Shown here: positions 11,087 to 22,877 of the stretch, piece by piece
Position numbering within the stretch: the first letter of the stretch is position 1
How the letters are laid out: each line of letters opens with the position of its first letter
DNA from: Macrostomum lignano
Taxonomy: Eukaryota
Assembly: GCA_002269645.1 (NCBI GenBank)
Contig: NIVC01003151.1
Coordinates: 1 to 64,000 of the forward strand
Reading direction: 5' to 3'
DNA length: 64,000 nucleotides
Notes under the pieces: model-generated
What the model saw: only the letters and a program-made list of their open reading frames with translations
Databases searched by the model: none
Told to the model about the DNA's origin: nothing
Position numbers and translations under genes: made by a program

Positions 11087-12356
11087 AGGCCCATTCACAC
11101 CGCCATCAAATGAGGCCGATTTTCGAGTGATCACACAAAATTTCAGTTGATGATTAACGAATCTTTGTCAATCACCTCAGTTTTTCACGCCATCAAATGA
11201 GGCCGATTTTCGAGTGATCACACAAAATTTCAGTTGATGATTAACGAATCTTTGTCAATCACCTCAGTTTTTCACGCCATCAACAACTGACTTTTACTAG
11301 TGATCAACTGACATATACTGAGGAGAATGACTGGGCTGGGGCTTAGAGGAGGGTGACGCAATTTTTGCAATTAGTTGCGCGAGCAATACTGTGCGCACAT
11401 ATCTCCAGCTGAGCCCCAAATGGTATATATTTTCAGAAGGTTTGAGAAAATACTTTGTGCTTTGAATTCAATACCAGTGTACAGTCTGTATCAGAGTACA
11501 AAGGCCAGAGCTCTTATTGATATAACTGGCGCGAGCTAACGAAAAACCTAGCACCTACACTTTTCCGATCGTCCTTTTTCCCATGGTATTTCGATTGTCA
11601 GGGTGCCGAAGGTCGTATATAGAGCAGGATTTTCTTGCACTGTGTTTACCAGGGGTTCCTGCGGCAACCAACAGGCGCTGTTTTTTCACGCTTGCTCGTT
11701 TCGCTTATGTCAGGGGTCGGCAAACTTTACCCCAAGGGCCAGATAAAGAACCTAGAGCATGGGGTCGGCAAAAATTTTTACCCCAAGGGCCAGATAAAGA
11801 ACCTATAGCATGGGGTCGGCAAAAATTTTTACCCCAAGGGCCAGATAAAGAACCTAGAGCATGGGGTCGGCAAACTTTTTTACCCCAAGGGCCAGATAAA
11901 GAACCTATAGCATGGGGTTGGCAAACTTTTTTACCCCAAGGGCCAGATAAAGAACCTAGAGCATGGGGTCGGCAAACTTTTTTACCCAAGGGCCAGATAG
12001 AGAACCTAGCTCGTGATGGAAAATAATAAAATAGTTAATAACCTGAATGGTGAGATGGCCAATCAATTTTAAAACGACAGTCAGACTAGACGGAGAGTTG
12101 TTGAAATAGAGTGGCTTGAGTTGAGTTTTGTGTGTTGCGCAACTTGGGGTGCTGTGCTGTGTGAGAGGCAAGCGACCAATGTACAGCGTTTTAGTTGATC
12201 AACTGGCCCTCGCGTTATTAACTTTTGTGGCTGAATTTGAAAATATATTCTAAGTTAGCTGAGATTTCAAGTGATCACAGAAAAAGTTAGAAATTCTGTG
12301 TGGTTAAACGAGTCGTGTGATTTGGTCTTTCATTTGATTGCAGTGTGAATGAGCCT
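11087..12356. mobile_element. Non-autonomous PIF/Harbinger-like element
   Basis: 14-bp TIRs aggcccattcacac and gtgtgaatgagcct (1 mismatch). TAA duplication at 11084-11086 and 12357-12359. No transposase ORF. Internal 87-bp tandem duplication at 11101-11280. Confidence 0.75.
11711..12010. repeat. ~51-bp tandem array resembling a hAT-Charlie terminus
   Basis: About 6 units of ggggtcggcaaa(n)tttttaccccaagggccagataaagaacctagagcat; the first unit starts cagggg. Confidence 0.8.
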
Positions 12357-12712
12357 TAAAATCACGCCGCCTTATTGGGAGGGGTTGATTTATTTATTCA
12401 GCTTGGATAATAGTTAGAAGTGACACGCCTGCAGTGAATGTACATTTTGGAGGGCTAGGGAAGTGACTAGAAACACTGTACATTGCTTCGCGCGGACTGA
12501 TTTAGCCTTATCTTCGCCAGCCGTTTATTACCCCCCCACGCCACTATGCGTTGACGGCTTCACCCCTATCCCCTTCCTGACCGCTGATTGGCTGAAACCC
12601 CGCCAGAATAGCTTATCTGCAGCAGCAGCCTATCGTATTGTCCGAGAGCCAGAGGGGCCGTAATCCGCTTTGTTTCGCAACCCTCACTTATTACTTTATT
12701 TTTTTACTTTAC

Positions 12713-12718
12713 TATAAA
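12713..12718 (+). promoter_or_regulatory. Putative TATA box of the CCCH gene
   Basis: TATAAA about 105 bp upstream of ATG 12822, with an inverted CCAAT (attgg) near 12586. Confidence 0.45.
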
Positions 12719-12821
12719 TCTGCCAGCGCGGACCTTAAATGCGCGAAGCTAAAGGGGCACTGTATTTTGATTAACCTCTTGCTACACATTTGAACAAAGT
12801 GAGAAAGTGAATTGAGTCACC

Positions 12822-14357
12822 ATGTCGGACTATAGCTCTGGCGCAGCTGAAACCACTACTGCAATGGCCACCGTATCTGTGTGTACGTCCACATCAGCAG
12901 CTCTGCCGAGCTCCGAGCAGCTGGTCATGGTGCAGGCCGCGGATTACTCGTGCTACTACCAGCAGGCGCCTACGCCCTACGCCTACGCAACTGTAGCGTC
13001 AGAGTCTGGAGCTATCTGCAACTATCAGGCGCCACTTCCACCGCCACAGCAGCAGCAGCATCAGTACTATCAGCAGCAAGAGCTGCAGATGCACCCACAG
13101 TGCCTGTACTACTACCCGCCTCCGGCAGCTGCAATGTGCGCTCCCGGCCCGGACCCAATGGTGGTCTACGCCAGCCAGGGCATGGCTGCGGCTCCGTTTC
13201 CGGGATTCTACCAGCCTCAGCCGACTTCGACTATGCAGTTTACTCATCCCTCGATGCCACCGCCGCAGCCGCTGCCTTCTGGGCCTGCTAATCTGTCCCA
13301 GCCCATGCAGCCTCCGCCTCTGATGCAGCAGCAGCCGATGGTTATGCTCTCAACGTCGACGTCTGCACCATCGTCAACCTCTGCCGGAAGCTGCCCCTGC
13401 TGCAGCGCTCCTCTGCATCAGGCCTCTTCTCAGCAGCAGCAGCAGCAGCAGCAGCCTGAGCAGCCAGTTGTGCAGCTTCAGCTGCCTCAGCAGCAGCTCC
13501 GAGAGCAGAGTCGCAGCAGCAGTTGCGATAGCGCTTACCGAACTGTGTCCACCAGTGACCTGGCTTCTGTTGCTGACATCAACCAGCAACAGCACCTCCA
13601 CCTCCAGCAGCAGCAGCAGCAAAAGTTGCCCATGCAGCAGCAACCCTGGGCTAGAAGAAACTCTTTCCAGCAGCAGCAGCCTTTGCCAACCCCACAGCAG
13701 CAACCGCAGCAGCAGCAACCGCAGCAGCTGCCCTCCCAACAGAAGCGCTGGAAGACTGGCTACCTAAGGAACATCCTGTACAAGACTGAGATGTGCCGGG
13801 ACGTGGCTCAGCGTGGCGCCTGTCCCCGCGGCGCCACCTGCCAGTTCGCGCACTCCGACTCCGAGCTGCTGAGCCCCAGCCAGCATCCGCTGTACAAGAC
13901 CGCCTTCTGCTTCGACTACAAGAACCGGGGCCACTGCCAGCGCGGCGACCACTGCTTCCACGCGCACCAGCAGGTCGAACTGCGGCCGGCGCCGCCCGCA
14001 GAGGCGCAAACTCCGCCGTCTGCGACTGGCCTGCTGCGGCCTTCGCAACACCTGCATCAGCAGCACCAGCAGCAGCTGTCAAACTCTGGCGCCAGGCGCG
14101 AGTCCACGCCGAGGTCCCTGGCTTCCTCAGCGGGTCCCTACAAGGCCCTGGCCGCTCGGCTGCAGCAGCAGCACCAGCTGCTCCAACAGCAGCAGGGCTC
14201 CAGCTCGGAGAAGCAGTCCAGCAGCAGCAGTTTGGTGACGTCCACCAAGCACCAGCTGCACTTCAGTGGCGGCGGCGGCGGCAGCCCGCAGCAGTTCGTC
14301 ACCGCTGAGCGTCGTCTGTCGCTGACTGGCGCTGGCGGAAGTCGGTCGGGCTTTTGA
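12822..14357 (+). CDS. Intronless TIS11/ZFP36 (tristetraprolin)-family tandem CCCH zinc-finger RNA-binding protein, Q-rich, 511 aa
   Basis: Two C-x8-C-x5-C-x3-H fingers, each led by YKT (YKTEMC, YKTAFC), separated by the canonical 18 residues. Poly-Q low-complexity arms. Confidence 0.88.
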   Translation: MSDYSSGAAETTTAMATVSVCTSTSAALPSSEQLVMVQAADYSCYYQQAPTPYAYATVASESGAICNYQAPLPPPQQQQHQYYQQQELQMHPQCLYYYPPPAAAMCAPGPDPMVVYASQGMAAAPFPGFYQPQPTSTMQFTHPSMPPPQPLPSGPANLSQPMQPPPLMQQQPMVMLSTSTSAPSSTSAGSCPCCSAPLHQASSQQQQQQQQPEQPVVQLQLPQQQLREQSRSSSCDSAYRTVSTSDLASVADINQQQHLHLQQQQQQKLPMQQQPWARRNSFQQQQPLPTPQQQPQQQQPQQLPSQQKRWKTGYLRNILYKTEMCRDVAQRGACPRGATCQFAHSDSELLSPSQHPLYKTAFCFDYKNRGHCQRGDHCFHAHQQVELRPAPPAEAQTPPSATGLLRPSQHLHQQHQQQLSNSGARRESTPRSLASSAGPYKALAARLQQQHQLLQQQQGSSSEKQSSSSSLVTSTKHQLHFSGGGGGSPQQFVTAERRLSLTGAGGSRSGF

Positions 14358-14952
14358 TCCGCCAGAAATGAGCTTCAAGTTGCTGGCTTTGTTTTACTTC
14401 GTCGGTGCCGATCGCGACTGGCATATAAGCCTCATTCGAGTGTACATACATGCAGCTGCAGCTCTAGGCCGTTAGTGGCATTTTCAATTCCCTGTAACCA
14501 TGACTTTTACTCTCTGCACCGCGTGCAGTCTCTTAATTTGGTCTTACGCTCTTGGTGTGCTGTCGTGTCAGTCAAAAATATTTGCATTTTCTCACCTGTC
14601 TGCATTTTGCTGTGCATTAATTTGCACAATATTTATGATCGCTTCGTAGCATGTTACTCGTAGTCCTACTCTTAGTAGCGCAAGATGCTTTTTTGCTGCT
14701 AATTCGCACGAATCTGTAGTATACATAGTGCATTGATGATCGAATATTCGACTGAAATAAACTAGTGAACTCTAAATTATCCCAAAGAAATTCTAGTTTT
14801 TTGCTTTTTTATTTGCGACCTCTAAGCTGAACAGAAACTGATCCACTTTGTTGGATTTTCAAGAACTCCATTTCTAGGAACTGAATTCTATTGGTTTTTG
14901 CAAATTCCTGTTCTTTCGAGTTCCAATACTTCGTCCTTTATTTATTCCCAAG

Positions 14953-15345
14953 AAATCGTTTCTAAGAAAACGTCCTGAATCGTTTCTAAGAAAATGTACT
15001 ATCGACTTTTTAGAAATCGTCCTGCATCGTTTCTAAGAAATGTACTATCGACTTCTTAGAAATCGTCCTGCATCGTTTCTAAGAAAATGTACTATCGACT
15101 TTTTAGAAATCGTCCTGCATCGTTTCTAAGAAATGTACTATCGACTTCTTAGAAATCGTCCTGCATCGTTTCTAAGAAAATGTACTATCGACTTTTTAGA
15201 AATCGTCCTGCATCGTTTCTAAGAAATGTACTATCGACTTCTTAGAAATCGTCCTGCATCGTTTCTAAGAAATGTACTATCGACTTCTTAGAAATCGTCC
15301 TGCAAGAAAATGTACTATAGACTTCTTAGAAATCGTCCTGCATAA
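14953..15345. repeat. 46-47-bp minisatellite (aatcgtcctgcatcgtttctaagaaatgtactatcgacttcttaga)
   Basis: About 8 tandem units. Confidence 0.9.
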
Positions 15346-16257
15346 TTTCTATGAAGATATCGTGCCTCTTTCTAAGAAATCCTGTATCAATTTCCAGGAA
15401 CTCTTTGTCTGTGAAGTTATAAGAAATCATCGTACCCCATTGATTTGGTTATTTCAAATCAGTCATGTTTTCCATGGATTTCTCAGAAATCGATATCCAG
15501 TCCTTAAAACACTTCACAGTTTACGGGTGAGCATGGGGTACCGAAGCGAAACAGTCTTTAGAATTTTGATGCGAGTTATTTAGAAATTTTCATGCAACGT
15601 AAAAGTAGAAACAAGTGGAATATTGTATTAATACAATCTGCACTTCAACTATACTCAGCAACACCCTTTGCCCCAGTGAGCATGAGTGTCTTTCAACCAG
15701 CGTCTGTCACCTGGCCAGCCATTTTAATATTTAAAAATGCTTGAAGAAAACTATGAAAACCAGCGGAAGCTTCAATCCATCCAATCTTCGCCCTCCGCTC
15801 TTCCCAATCCCTCCTCACCCAGCCCAACTCTGCGTCGCGTGGCGCAAGTTGCGTCACTCAAAAGTCAAAACTGAGCTGGAATTCACTGCGCACTCTCAAA
15901 GGTGGCGACTTTTTAATGTTGTTGAGTACATTTACAAGTAGAGGCGTATGAGAACAATGTACAATCCTACACGACAGGCAAATAGTGCATAAAGCTCGTA
16001 TAAATTATGAAACTACGGCCCGAATCCATGCTATGCATGCAATAATGAATTAATGATGGCCCTTGCTTATGTTAGTCTTTTAGAATGTACTTTCTTTAGT
16101 CTGTCTGTGACCAAAAGTTTGTCCGATTCACGAGAGACAGATTAATGCCGGCACTACTGCGGCTTCACCTTGTTCGAGTCGTCACTTGCGCGGTGAATTA
16201 TGATGGCTCCAGCAATGAGCAGGGCCTGCGGGATTGGGTTCAGTATTCGGGTTAGTA

Positions 16258-17880
16258 AATATGGGATCTGGATTGTAAATATGGGATCTGGATTGTAAAT
16301 ATGGGATCTGGATTGTAAATATGAGATTTGGATTGTAGATATGGGATCTGGATTGTAGATATGGGATCTGGATTGTAAATATGGGATCTGGATTGTAAAT
16401 ATGAGATTTGGATTGTAGATATGGGATCTGGATTGTAGATATGGGATCTGGATTGTAAATATGGGGTCTGGATTGTAAATATGAGATTTGGATTGTAGAT
16501 ATGGGATCTGGATTGTAAATATGGGATCTGGATTGTAAATATGGGATCTGGATTGTAAATATGAGATTTGGATTGTAGATATGGGATCTGGATTGTAAAT
16601 ATGGGATCTGGATTGTAAATATGGGATCTGGATTGTAAATATGAGATCTGGATTGTAAATATGGGATCTGGATTGTAAATATGGGATCTGGATTGTAAAT
16701 ATGGGATCTGGATTGTAAATATGGGATCTGGATTGTAAATATGAGATCTGGATTGTAAATATGGGATCTGGATTGTAAATATGGGATCTGGATTGTAAAT
16801 ATGGGATCTGGATTGTAAATATGAGATTTGGATTGTAGATATGGGATCTGGATTGTAGATATGGGATCTGGATTGTAAATATGGGATCTGGATTGTAAAT
16901 ATGAGATTTGGATTGTAGATATGGGATCTGGATTGTAGATATGGGATCTGGATTGTAAATATGGGGTCTGGATTGTAAATATGAGATTTGGATTGTAGAT
17001 ATGGGATCTGGATTGTAAATATGGGATCTGGATTGTAAATATGGGATCTGGATTGTAAATATGAGATTTGGATTGTAGATATGGGATCTGGATTGTAAAT
17101 ATGGGATCTGGATTGTAAATATGGGATCTGGATTGTAAATATGAGATCTGGATTGTAAATATGGGATCTGGATTGTAAATATGGGATCTGGATTGTAAAT
17201 ATGGGATCTGGATTGTAAATATGGGATCTGGATTGTAAATATGAGATCTGGATTGTAAATATGGGATCTGGATTGTAAATATGGGATCTGGATTGTAAAT
17301 ATGGGATCTGGATTGTAAATATGGGATCTGGATTGTAGATATGGGATCTGGATTGTAAATATGGGATCTGGATTGTAGATATGGGATCTGGATTGTAAAT
17401 ATGGGGTCTGGATTGTAAATATGAGATTTGGATTGTAGATATGGGATCTGGATTGTAAATATGGGATCTGGATTGTAAATATGGGATCTGGATTGTAAAT
17501 ATGGGATCTGGATTGTAAATATGGGATCTGGATTGTAAATATGAGATTTGGATTGTAGATATGGGATCTGGATTGTAGATATGGGATCTGGATTGTAAAT
17601 ATGAGATTTGGATTGTAGATATGGGATCTGGATTGTAGATATGGGATCTGGATTGTAAATATGGGGTCTGGATTGTAAATATGAGATTTGGATTGTAGAT
17701 ATGGGATCTGGATTGTAAATATGGGGTCTGGATTGTAAATATGAGATTTGGATTGTAGATATGGGATCTGGATTGTAAATATGGGATCTGGATTGTAAAT
17801 ATGGGATCTGGATTGTAAATATGGGATCTGGATTGTAAATATGGGATCTGGATTGTAAATATAGGATATGGATTGTAAAC
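16258..17880. repeat. 20-bp minisatellite (atgggatctggattgtaaat), ~80 units, last tetraspanin intron
   Basis: Highly homogeneous array with recurring variants such as atgagatttggattgtagat. Confidence 0.97.
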
Positions 17881-18134
17881 ATTAAATTGCACTCAACCAT
17901 AAATTTGCCCATTACCTCGTATCCCAGAATGCCTCCCAGTGCATAAAACACTGCATTGAGCTTCATGTACTGCTCAATGAAGTCAAACATCGCTTCGAAG
18001 CAGCCGCGTCTGTAGTGGCTGTTTGTGTTGTTCAGCGGACAGTTCGCGTCCTCGGGGAGAAACGAAGTCAGGTTGAACTTGCAGCAGGTCACGGGGTAGG
18101 TCAGGTCTAAATTAAAAGTTGGGTTGCACTTATT

Positions 18135-18602
<468 letters not shown>

Positions 18603-19120
18603 GGCAGGCACTTAATTTCGCTGTCAAATAGTCGGCCCTTTGAGGCCTCGGTGCCAAAACTTCTCGGTAACAAATCTCCCAGATCCAAAATCTTCCCAAT
18701 CCCATGTCTCCCAGATCCCAAGCCTTCCAGATTCCAAATCTCCCAGATCTCAAATCTCCCAGATCCCAAATCTCCCAGATCCTAAATCTCCCAGATCCAA
18801 AATCTCCCCGACCCCAAATCTCCCCAAATCCCAAATCTCCCCAAACCCATTCTCCTAAATCCCAACTCTCCTCAATCCCAAATCCTCCCCAAACCCAAAT
18901 TACCTAGATCCGAAATCTCCCCAATCCAAAATCTCCCCAACCCAAAATCTCCCCAAATCCCATTCTCCTCAATCCCAAATCTCCCGTATCCTGTAACTTC
19001 TGAATCGATGGTAGAGTGAATTAAATTCCCATTTTGATAACTCGCTAGTAAAGAACACCTCAGTCACTTGTAGGCTTCTTGGGGATACAAGGAGATTTTG
19101 GTGTACTTTTACAGGGCATT

Positions 19121-19862
19121 TTACAGCAGGTGTACCAGATTGATAACTACAGCAGGTGTACCAGATTGATAACTACAGCAGGTGTACCAGATTGATAATT
19201 ACAGCAGGTGTACCAGATTGATAATTACAGCAGGTGTACCAGATTGATAACTACAGCAGGTGTACCAGATTGATAATTACAGCAGGTGTACCAGATTGAT
19301 AACTACAGCAGGTGTACCAGATTGATAATTACAGCAGGTGTACCAGATTGATAACTACAGCTGGTGTACCAGATTGATAATTACAGCAGGTGTACCAGAT
19401 TGATAACTACAGCTGGTGTACCAGATTGATAACTACAGCTGGTGTACCAGATTGATAACTACAGCTGGTGTACCAGATTGATAACTACAGCAGGTGTACC
19501 AGATTGATAACTACAGCTGGTGTACCAGATTGATAACTACAGCTGGTGTACCAGATTGATAACTACAGCTGGTGTACCAGATTGATAACTACAGCTGGTG
19601 TACCAGATTGATAACTACAGCAGGTGTACCAGATTGATAACTACAGCAGGTGTACCAGATTGATAATTACAGCAGGTGTACCAGATTGATAATTACAGCA
19701 GGTGTACCAGAGTGATAATTACAGCAGGTGTACCAGAGTGATAATTACAGCAGGTGTACCAGAGTGATAATTACAGCAGGTGTACCAGATTGATAACTAC
19801 AGCAGGTGTACCAGATTGATAACTACAGCAGGTGTACCAGAGTGATAATTACAGCAGGTGTG
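19121..19862. repeat. 26-bp minisatellite (acagcaggtgtaccagattgataact), copy 1
   Basis: About 28 tandem units. Confidence 0.95.
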
Positions 19863-20554
19863 CCACTTGGTCACAAATTGACTGTAAGATGATGTTCACA
19901 GTATGCATGTGCGCGCACACTTAATTAACCTTGTTGACCGACACTGTAAGAACTCTAACAGATTGTGACAGCCAATTAACAAGCATATTGACAGATACTG
20001 CAAGCAGCAACTCACAATGGCCGCAATGTTTGGAAAAATATGCTGTTTTAGTTTTACGAAACTGCATGGCCCTTTGAGGCCTCGGTGCCAAAACTTCTCG
20101 GTAACAAATCTCCCAGATCCAAAATCTTCCCAATCCCATGTCTCCCAGATCCCAAGCCTTCCAGATTCCAAATCTCCCAGATCTCAAATCTCCCAGATCC
20201 CAAATCTCCCAGATCCTAAATCTCCCAGATCCAAAATCTCCCCGACCCCAAATCTCCCCAAATCCCAAATCTCCCCAAACCCATTCTCCTAAATCCCAAC
20301 TCTCCTCAATCCCAAATCCTCCCCAAACCCAAATTACCTAGATCCGAAATCTCCCCAATCCAAAATCTCCCCAACCCAAAATCTCCCCAAATCCCATTCT
20401 CCTCAATCCCAAATCTCCCGTATCCTGTAACTTCTGAATCGATGGTAGAGTGAATTAAATTCCCATTTTGATAACTCGCTAGTAAAGAACACCTCAGTCA
20501 CTTGTAGGCTTCTTGGGGATACAAGGAGATTTTGGTGTACTTTTACAGGGCATT

Positions 20555-21374
20555 TTACAGCAGGTGTACCAGATTGATAACTACAGCAGGTGTACCAGAT
20601 TGATAACTACAGCAGGTGTACCAGATTGATAATTACAGCAGGTGTACCAGATTGATAATTACAGCAGGTGTACCAGATTGATAACTACAGCAGGTGTACC
20701 AGATTGATAATTACAGCAGGTGTACCAGATTGATAATTACAGCAGGTGTACCAGATTGATAACTACAGCAGGTGTACCAGATTGATAATTACAGCAGGTG
20801 TACCAGATTGATAACTACAGCAGGTGTACCAGATTGATAATTACAGCAGGTGTACCAGATTGATAACTACAGCTGGTGTACCAGATTGATAATTACAGCA
20901 GGTGTACCAGATTGATAACTACAGCTGGTGTACCAGATTGATAACTACAGCTGGTGTACCAGATTGATAACTACAGCTGGTGTACCAGATTGATAACTAC
21001 AGCAGGTGTACCAGATTGATAACTACAGCTGGTGTACCAGATTGATAACTACAGCTGGTGTACCAGATTGATAACTACAGCTGGTGTACCAGATTGATAA
21101 CTACAGCTGGTGTACCAGATTGATAACTACAGCAGGTGTACCAGATTGATAATTACAGCAGGTGTACCAGATTGATAATTACAGCAGGTGTACCAGATTG
21201 ATAATTACAGCAGGTGTACCAGAGTGATAATTACAGCAGGTGTACCAGAGTGATAATTACAGCAGGTGTACCAGAGTGATAATTACAGCAGGTGTACCAG
21301 ATTGATAACTACAGCAGGTGTACCAGATTGATAACTACAGCAGGTGTACCAGAGTGATAATTACAGCAGGTGTG
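20555..21374. repeat. 26-bp minisatellite, copy 2
   Basis: About 31 tandem units. Confidence 0.95.
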
Positions 21375-21954
21375 CCACTTGGTCACAAATTGACTGTAAG
21401 ATGATGTTCACAGTATGCATGTGCGCGCACACTTAATTAACCTTGTTGACCGACACTGTAAGAACTCTAACAGATTGTGACAGCCAATTAACAAGCATAT
21501 TGACAGATACTGCAAGCAGCAACTCACAATGGCCGCAATGTTGGTCACAATGAGAATGCAACGGCAGATGCAGCTGCAGCAGTTGATGCAGGGCTTGGAC
21601 ATGATCAATGTTGAGTCGAGGAATTCGATCTGAAAAAAAGAACCGACTTCGGTCAATATGAATTTGACGAAGAAGTTTGTCAGTGTTTTACCAGGTGCCT
21701 ATTTATACTCCCTATTGTTTGTTTGGCTGCCGTGAGAGGACATGTTATTCTATTGCTGTTATTTCCTACCTGCTTAGTAATTAGTTTGCTAGCATTGAGA
21801 CAAATACCATAAGTTTACACATTGTGCACCGTAAACAGACCGCAGACTCCTATAAACTGACAGGTGTGCCCAATCTATCTGCAGTGTTAAATCATGGCTT
21901 GGTTGTGATGTCGCATGAAAGCTCTGCGTGCGCTGCTCTCTGTGCTACTCTATC

Positions 21955-22200
21955 CAGATAACTCCCCAATCATGAATCTCCCCGATACCAAATCTCCCCA
22001 ATCCCGAATCTACTCAATCACAAATCTCCCCAATTAACAATCTCCCCGATCACAAAAATCCCCACTCTCAAATATCCTCAATCTCAAATCTCCCCAATCC
22101 TAAATCTCCCCAATCCCAAATCCTACCGATCCCAAATCTCCCCGATCCCAAATTTTCCCGATCTCAAATCTCCCAGATCCCAAATCTTCTCGATCCCGAA
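21955..22200. repeat. Degenerate aatctccccaatccc-type array
   Basis: Same repeat family as 18670-18990. Confidence 0.75.
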
Positions 22201-22877
22201 ACTCACCTATCCGAAATTTCGATATTCGAACTCGGCAAAATGTCTAATGATGGGAAAAGTTGAATGCGAGAAACGTCAATAAGAATTCCATCTGAATGAT
22301 GCCTGTAAATCCACATTCCTCGACTTTGCATTGCACCCCGTCATATTTTTCCTGGCTTTCTCATTGCTGAAATTAAAGGCACAAAAAGTTAAAATGCTTA
22401 GCTGCGAGTAGATAAATGATTTCACATTGAGACACTGCTCTCCCAGCTCTGCTAAGACTGTCAGGTAGCAATGTATAATGTATAATTGCATATTGATGCA
22501 GCTCGGTATTCAAATGCGCGGCTTAAGAGATCTTAAAACTCTACTCAAATTCTCTGTAGTGAGTCGACTATTTATGAGCTAAATATAGATATAGCCTCTA
22601 GACGGTCGCAGAACCACAACAACAATTACAGTGAGTCAGCCATCTGCAGCGGTTATTGAAAACTTTGTTTATACATGAAGACGTACGTCTGTTTGCGGGT
22701 CTGCTTTCGCCTGATTGTCTGTAAAACTTGCTTGGAATTGCTTGCAAAATGGAGTTCAAAATAAGCCAAGGTGCCGTTTTCTGAATATGGAAAATATAAT
22801 GCAGTTCGCTAAAGAGTTTTCAATCTTAGTCACTGAGTGGAGGATGTTGCTGAGTACTCATTTAGGTGAGAAGCTGA

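Larger units (their letters stand above)
18634..21542. repeat. ~1.4-kb tandem segmental duplication (18634-20030 and 20068-21542)
   Basis: Unique flanks appear identical in both copies. Each copy holds an aatctccc-type degenerate array, a 26-bp array and the tetraspanin exon-1 donor. Confidence 0.93.

Noticed and set aside
11583-12026. 147-aa ORF with 17-aa repeats as a transposase fragment
   Set aside because: Translation of the 51-bp array; no DDE motif.
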